Shown here piece after piece: positions 59,543 to 64,000 of a stretch of 64,000 bases of DNA (its first letter is position 1; each line of letters starts with the position of its first letter). The notes beneath the pieces are model-generated. The model was not told where the DNA came from and searched no databases. It saw only the letters and a list, made by a program, of their open reading frames with translations. This DNA is from Candidatus Nomurabacteria bacterium (GTDB taxonomy: Bacteria; Patescibacteriota; Minisyncoccia; Phycocordibacterales; SBAW01). The DNA is taken from NCBI GenBank assembly GCA_943348815.1, contig CALQYT010000002.1:37129-101128 (forward strand), written 5' to 3'. Both the position numbers and the translations under genes were made by a program.

Positions 59543-60157
59543 ATGGGATTTTTTACCGACCACGGAAGGCGCAAGATTGTACTTTTGTTGGGACACCCCA
59601 ATAGCGATCCGACACTCTCGAGCGAGTTAGCGCTTATTTACGAAGCGGCGGCCAAAAAAGCCGGGCACGAGGTTAAGCGGTTTAACTTAACCGATATAAA
59701 GTTTGACCCGATTTTGCACAAAGGATACAAAGCGATCCAAGAGCTCGAGCCCGATATAAAAAATTTGCAGGAGGCAATAAGGTGGTGCGATCATTTTGTA
59801 CTTATTTATCCAAACTGGTGGCAAACCATGCCCGCGCTCTTAAAAGGATTAATCGACCGCCTATGGTTGCCGGGATTTGCGTTTAATATGCGCAAAGATA
59901 AAAACGGCAAGCAAACAATTGGCTGGTACAAACGGCTCAAAGGCAAAACGGCGCGCGTGTTTGTGCTCTCGGGCTCGCACCCGCTGCTTATCTGGCTCTT
60001 TTTTGGCGATTACACTAACGAAATTAAGATGGGGATTTTGTGGTTTGCCGGATTTAAGACAAAAGTTTCGCGCTTTGGCCCGACCGACCAAGCGCCCGAA
60101 TGGAAGAAAAACGAATGGCGCAAAAAAGTGGCACGGCTTGCGACGTTAGGGGAGTAA
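59543..60157 (+). CDS. Flavodoxin-like NAD(P)H-dependent (quinone) oxidoreductase
   Basis: 'KIVLLLGHPNSDPTLSSELA' and 'HFVLIYPNWWQTMPALLKGLIDR' match the Flavodoxin_2/MdaB-like pattern. Confidence 0.65.
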   Translation: MGFFTDHGRRKIVLLLGHPNSDPTLSSELALIYEAAAKKAGHEVKRFNLTDIKFDPILHKGYKAIQELEPDIKNLQEAIRWCDHFVLIYPNWWQTMPALLKGLIDRLWLPGFAFNMRKDKNGKQTIGWYKRLKGKTARVFVLSGSHPLLIWLFFGDYTNEIKMGILWFAGFKTKVSRFGPTDQAPEWKKNEWRKKVARLATLGE

Positions 60158-60269
60158 CCCTTCGACAAGCTCAGGGTAAATTAAAAATCGCCCCGCGCTC
60201 ACTTAGTGAGTAACATCAGGGCGACGATACCAATGCCGATACAGACCCCGCCTAATACAAGGCGCCACA

Positions 60270-60512
60270 TCAATTTCGCGGGATGGGGCCGGGGGAAGTG
60301 ATATTCGGCGCTGGCTCCGAGCTGCGGGGATTCGTGGGCGTATTCGGCCCACGGCCGAAGACGAACACCAGCAGCAGGGCCATCACGATGCCGCCGGCAA
60401 TCCAGCCCCAGACGGCATTGGAATTTTCGAGCTCTTGCATGCGGCGGCGGCGTTCGTCCGCCGAAACTGGTTGGTCAGAAAGGCGCGGGTCGGTGTAGCG
60501 GGGGTCCGACAT
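60270..60512 (-). CDS. Small membrane protein (81 aa)
   Basis: 'MSDPRYTDPRLSDQP...AVWGWIAGGIVMALLLVFVFG'. The start is chosen at MSDPRY rather than the longer ORF-track call. Confidence 0.3.
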   Translation of the reverse strand: MSDPRYTDPRLSDQPVSADERRRRMQELENSNAVWGWIAGGIVMALLLVFVFGRGPNTPTNPRSSEPAPNITSPGPIPRN

Positions 60513-60771
60513 GGTCGGTGCTCCTCTATGGGTGGACCGTGTACTCAGTACGGAAAGAATAATAGGACAAAGTAGAAAATTGTCAAAAGTGTAAATTAAA
60601 AATCGCCGCAGAACAAGTCTACGGCGGAAAACTAACGGATGATCAGTGGTGCGAAGAGGGAGAAGGCTACTATGGGAATCACCACAGCCATACCCAGTCG
60701 AATAGCCCAATCATTCTCCGGCTCGGCGTCTCCGCTCCACTCGAGGTCTTGTTGGTGCATGCGGCAGCTCC

Positions 60772-60918
60772 TTAGCGCGGTTGCGTGGTGACGTAGGTGT
60801 TACTTTTCGGAGTAACTTTTTTAGCACCTCCGAAAAACGGTGACAATAAAACGCCAACTATACCAATCAGAACCCACGTCAGTGGTTTCTGAAGGAGGGT
60901 GTTTATGCGTGAAAACAT
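60772..60918 (-). CDS. Small membrane protein (48 aa)
   Basis: 'MFSRINTLLQKPLTWVLIGIVGVLLSPFFGG'. The longer ORF-track version would overlap ychF. Confidence 0.25.
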   Translation of the reverse strand: MFSRINTLLQKPLTWVLIGIVGVLLSPFFGGAKKVTPKSNTYVTTQPR

Positions 60919-60979
60919 CTTTCCCCCGCGGGTGTTGGTGATTGCGAAACTTGTTCTGACTTGATAATGTAATCCATAC

Positions 60980-61924
60980 ATGAGTTTGTCAATTGGCATT
61001 GTGGGGCTTCCCAACGTGGGGAAGTCGACCCTTTTTCAGGCGCTTACTAAAAAGAGCGTGCTTATTGCTAACTACCCGTTTGCAACAATCGACCCCTCAG
61101 TTGGGGTGGTTGCGGTGCCTGATGAGCGGCGCGAAAAGCTGGCTGCGCTCAGCGAATCCAAAAAAGACATTCCTGCGGCAATAGAGTTTGTCGACATTGC
61201 GGGGTTGGTACGCGGCGCAAGCGAGGGTGAAGGGTTGGGCAACCAGTTTCTCTCGCACATTCGTGCCGTGGATGCTATTGCGCATGTAGTGCGGATTTTT
61301 GAAAACCCAAACATCACCAACACCCAGCAGCTTATAGACCCGCTTGCCGACATCGAGCTTATCAACGCCGAGTTGATGCTTTCTGATATCGAACAAAAGG
61401 ATAAATCCAGATTACTGGCGACCAAACCGGTGTTGTATGTTTTAAATAAAGAAGCAGAGGGTCATAACTTAAGTGACACACCCGACGATGGGCGTTGGAT
61501 ACGGTTGATGGATTTTTTGAAGGATAAAAAGTATGTGATAGTCGATGCCAATGTCGAAAACGAGCTGCGCGAGCTGCACATCGACGACAAACAACAGTTT
61601 CGGCAGGAGTATGGGATGTTTGATGACGGCATTAACGCGCTTATCCGCGCCGGTTATGAGTTGCTGGGGCTTATGTCATTTTTTACAACCGGCAAAGATG
61701 AAACACGCGCTTGGACTATCAAAGTAGGTTCAACGGCCCCGCGTGCGGCTGCAGCCATACACACCGATTTTGAAACTAAGTTTATTCGAGCCGAAGTAAT
61801 TAACTGGCAAAAGCTGCTTGAGGCAAAAAGTTGGTCAAAAGCGCGCGATTTGGGTTGGATAAGAACAGAAGGAAAAGAGTACATTGTCCAGGACGGCGAT
61901 GTGATAGAATTTCTGCATGGATAA
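60980..61924 (+). CDS. ychF: Ribosome-binding ATPase YchF, compact form
   Basis: 'IGIVGLPNVGKSTLFQALT', 'FVDIAGLVRGASEGEGLGNQFL', and a C-terminal TGS-like segment 'KEYIVQDGDVIEF'. Confidence 0.85.
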   Translation: MSLSIGIVGLPNVGKSTLFQALTKKSVLIANYPFATIDPSVGVVAVPDERREKLAALSESKKDIPAAIEFVDIAGLVRGASEGEGLGNQFLSHIRAVDAIAHVVRIFENPNITNTQQLIDPLADIELINAELMLSDIEQKDKSRLLATKPVLYVLNKEAEGHNLSDTPDDGRWIRLMDFLKDKKYVIVDANVENELRELHIDDKQQFRQEYGMFDDGINALIRAGYELLGLMSFFTTGKDETRAWTIKVGSTAPRAAAAIHTDFETKFIRAEVINWQKLLEAKSWSKARDLGWIRTEGKEYIVQDGDVIEFLHG

Positions 61925-62858
61925 ACCTAAAGCAACGCCGAAGGATTTCTTTTTGTGGGTAGGGGCGATGGTTGCTTTATACGTAGGTGTTTTTTCTTTT
62001 ATTGGTCTTTTGTTCGACTATCTTAACTACGTTTTCCCCGACACCGCACTTTCGTACTCGTTTAACCCGTATCAGGGTTCTATCAGCTACGAGATGGCAA
62101 GTTTGATAGTGCTTGCGCCCGTTTTCTTGATACTGATGCGCGTTATCCGCCGCTCTATGCAAACCGACCCGTCTCGACGCGAAATTTGGGTACGCCGTTG
62201 GGTGTTGTTTCTTACACTCTTTGTTGCCGGCGCCACGGTCGTTGTCGACCTGATCGTGCTACTCAATACCTTTCTGCAAGGCGAGGAACTCTCGATGCGG
62301 TTTATCTTGAAAGTTCTGGTAGTACTGTTGGTGATGAGCGCGGGCTTTATGCACTTTATGGCCGACCTCTGGGGTTATTGGGAGCAGTTTCCGCAACGTG
62401 CCAAATCGGTATCGTGGGGAGTTGCGGCGCTCGTGGTGCTTAGCATTGTCGCTGGTTTTGTAATAATTGGCTCGCCGCAGACGCAGCGCAATTATCGTCT
62501 CGACGAGCAGCGGGTTTCTGATCTCCAGGGTATTCAATCGCAGATAATTTATTATTGGCAGCAAAAGGGTTCGTTGCCCGCGCAGCTCGCTGACTTAAGT
62601 GATTCATTATCCTATTACACGATCCCGGTCGATCCGCAGACCAAACAGTCGTATGAGTACAAACGGCAGTCGCCTCTGGACTTTACCTTGTGCGCTACAT
62701 TCGCCACAGAAAACATGACAGATTCGCCGACTGCTGGCCCCGCGTCTTCTCCAAATCGTGTTGGCACTTCGGACAAATGGCAGCATGGCGAAGGACAAGT
62801 CTGTTTTGACCGCTCCATCGACCCGCAACTCTACCCGCCGGTTCCAAAAGGGCGGTAA
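61917..62858 (+). CDS. Membrane protein: an N-terminal 5-TM domain fused to a pseudopilin-like C-terminal domain
   Basis: After the last TM helix, 'PQTQRNYRLDEQRVSDLQGIQSQIIYYWQQKGSLPAQLADL' follows the GspG/type-IV-pilin pattern (RD-x-x-R-x-x-DL...Y...G-x-YP). Confidence 0.4.
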   Translation: MDKPKATPKDFFLWVGAMVALYVGVFSFIGLLFDYLNYVFPDTALSYSFNPYQGSISYEMASLIVLAPVFLILMRVIRRSMQTDPSRREIWVRRWVLFLTLFVAGATVVVDLIVLLNTFLQGEELSMRFILKVLVVLLVMSAGFMHFMADLWGYWEQFPQRAKSVSWGVAALVVLSIVAGFVIIGSPQTQRNYRLDEQRVSDLQGIQSQIIYYWQQKGSLPAQLADLSDSLSYYTIPVDPQTKQSYEYKRQSPLDFTLCATFATENMTDSPTAGPASSPNRVGTSDKWQHGEGQVCFDRSIDPQLYPPVPKGR

Positions 62859-62919
62859 AAAGAATTAAAAAAAGACACCTGCTGACAAAGTGGGTGTTTT
62901 TGTGTTATTTTGATATTCA

Positions 62920-64000
62920 ATGGCTGAGAAGTACGATCATGCAGCGATAGAAAAAAAGTGGCAGGAGCGTTGGGAAAAAAGCAACGCTTTTGCGGCGGAC
63001 GATACTTCTGCTGAACCTAAAAAATATGTACTCGACATGTTCCCGTACCCCTCGGGCGAGGGGCTCCATGTCGGCCACCCAAAGGGTTACATAGCTACTG
63101 ACATATACTCCCGCCATATGCGGATGAAAGGTCACAATGTTTTGCACCCGATGGGCTGGGATGCTTTTGGCTTGCCCGCCGAAAACTACGCGCTGAAAAA
63201 TAAAATTCATCCGCGAGTCGCGGTTGAACAAAACATTGCGACGTTTAAAGCACAATTGGCGCATATTGGGTTTGATTACGACTGGAGCCGTGAGATAAAC
63301 ACTACCGACCCGAGCTACTACAAATGGACACAGTGGATCTTTTTGCAACTGTTTAAAAAGGGTTTGGCTTTTCAATCTAACGAGCCTATTAATTGGTGCC
63401 CGTCTTGCATGACTGGTCTTGCGAATGAAGATTTGGACGGTGCAGCCTGCGAACGTTGCGGCACGGTCGTTGAGAAGAAAAAGCTCCCGCAGTGGGTGCT
63501 TAAAATTACCGCTTATGCCGACCGTATGCTTGCCGACTTGGATGCTTTGCAATGGCCGGAGCATATTAAAGAAGCGCAACGCAACTGGATAGGGAGGAGT
63601 GAGGGTATCAATATTACTTACGAAATTGTTGACTCTAATGAACGTGTAGTTTGTTTTACTACTACCCCGGTAAACTTCGGGGCAACGTTTATCGTACTCG
63701 CTCCGGAACATCCTCTCGTTTTCAAAATAACCACTAAAGATCAATCTGCAGCTGTTGTGGCATATGTTGAGCAAGCTCGAAGTAAAGATGCTATTGAGCG
63801 TGCAGCACAGAAAGAAAAAACAGGAGTATTTACGGGAGCCTATGCCCTTAATCATGTAACCGGAAAACAAATTCCAATTTGGGTTGCAGATTTTGCGTTA
63901 GCAGATGTCGGGACGGGAGCTGTACAAGGTTGCCCGGGCCATGACATGCGAGATTTTGAGTTTGCTAAGAAATATGGCATTGCAATTCCACGAGTGGTGG
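62920..64000 (+). CDS. leuS: Leucine--tRNA ligase, 5' part. Continues beyond the window.
   Basis: 'MAEKYDHAAIEKKWQERWEK...KKYVLDMFPYPSGEGLHVGHPKGYIATDIYSRHMRMKGHNVLHPMGWDAFGLPAENYA' includes the class I HIGH motif. Not in the ORF track because no stop codon falls inside the window. Confidence 0.85.
   Translation, partial: MAEKYDHAAIEKKWQERWEKSNAFAADDTSAEPKKYVLDMFPYPSGEGLHVGHPKGYIATDIYSRHMRMKGHNVLHPMGWDAFGLPAENYALKNKIHPRVAVEQNIATFKAQLAHIGFDYDWSREINTTDPSYYKWTQWIFLQLFKKGLAFQSNEPINWCPSCMTGLANEDLDGAACERCGTVVEKKKLPQWVLKITAYADRMLADLDALQWPEHIKEAQRNWIGRSEGINITYEIVDSNERVVCFTTTPVNFGATFIVLAPEHPLVFKITTKDQSAAVVAYVEQARSKDAIERAAQKEKTGVFTGAYALNHVTGKQIPIWVADFALADVGTGAVQGCPGHDMRDFEFAKKYGIAIPRVV

Noticed and set aside
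62917-63870. 317-aa minus-strand ORF
   Set aside because: It lies antisense to a clearly recognisable leuS 5' region (HIGH motif) on the plus strand. It is low-complexity and has no motif.

Overview
This is a gene-dense bacterial chromosomal window of about 50% GC with short intergenic spacers and standard stop codons. It reads like a reduced-genome organism, probably Patescibacteria/CPR, possibly Saccharibacteria-like. That placement is inferred from compact DnaX (358 aa), compact UvrC (417 aa), short ATP synthase delta and epsilon subunits, tRNA genes mostly without encoded CCA, and many small DUF-like membrane proteins.

Core housekeeping content:
- Cell division, tRNA modification and replication: partial ftsQ, a tRNA-dihydrouridine synthase, dnaX, rarA, ychF, and the 5' part of leuS at the window end.
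- Repair and cell wall: a contiguous uvrB / uvrA / uvrC block, ddl, tgt and msrA.
- Translation-associated: a YbaK/ProX-like deacylase and rlmB.
- Transport: an ABC-2 exporter pair.
- Energy: a complete atpBEFHAGDC F-type ATPase operon and a cytochrome bo3-type quinol oxidase operon (cyoABCDE).
- Copper: immediately upstream of the tRNA cluster sits a putative copper-acquisition module — a His-rich mini-protein, a YcnI-like protein, and a 923-aa CopC-CopD fusion with an extended C-terminal domain.
- tRNA genes (six): Gln-UUG, Ala-UGC, Val-CAC, Pro-CGG, Ala-CGC, Ala-GGC.

Accessory and selfish content:
- Three small GIY-YIG (YhbQ/UPF0213-like) nuclease genes, each physically attached to a tRNA gene. 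One is preceded by a duplicated 5' half of tRNA-Gln.
- A low-GC island downstream of tRNA-Gln carrying two alpha/beta hydrolases and an SMR-like protein.
- An IS200/RAYT-type Y1 HUH transposase flanked by identical 23-bp palindromes.
- A 25-nt hairpin repeat following two tRNAs, and a nested palindrome upstream of the tRNA cluster.
- A high-GC divergent gene pair of unknown function.
- A large beta-helix / MBG-repeat / peptidoglycan-binding surface protein interrupted by a frameshift at a T-run.
- A FAD-linked oxidase interrupted by an in-frame TAA.

No rRNA genes and no CRISPR arrays were seen.
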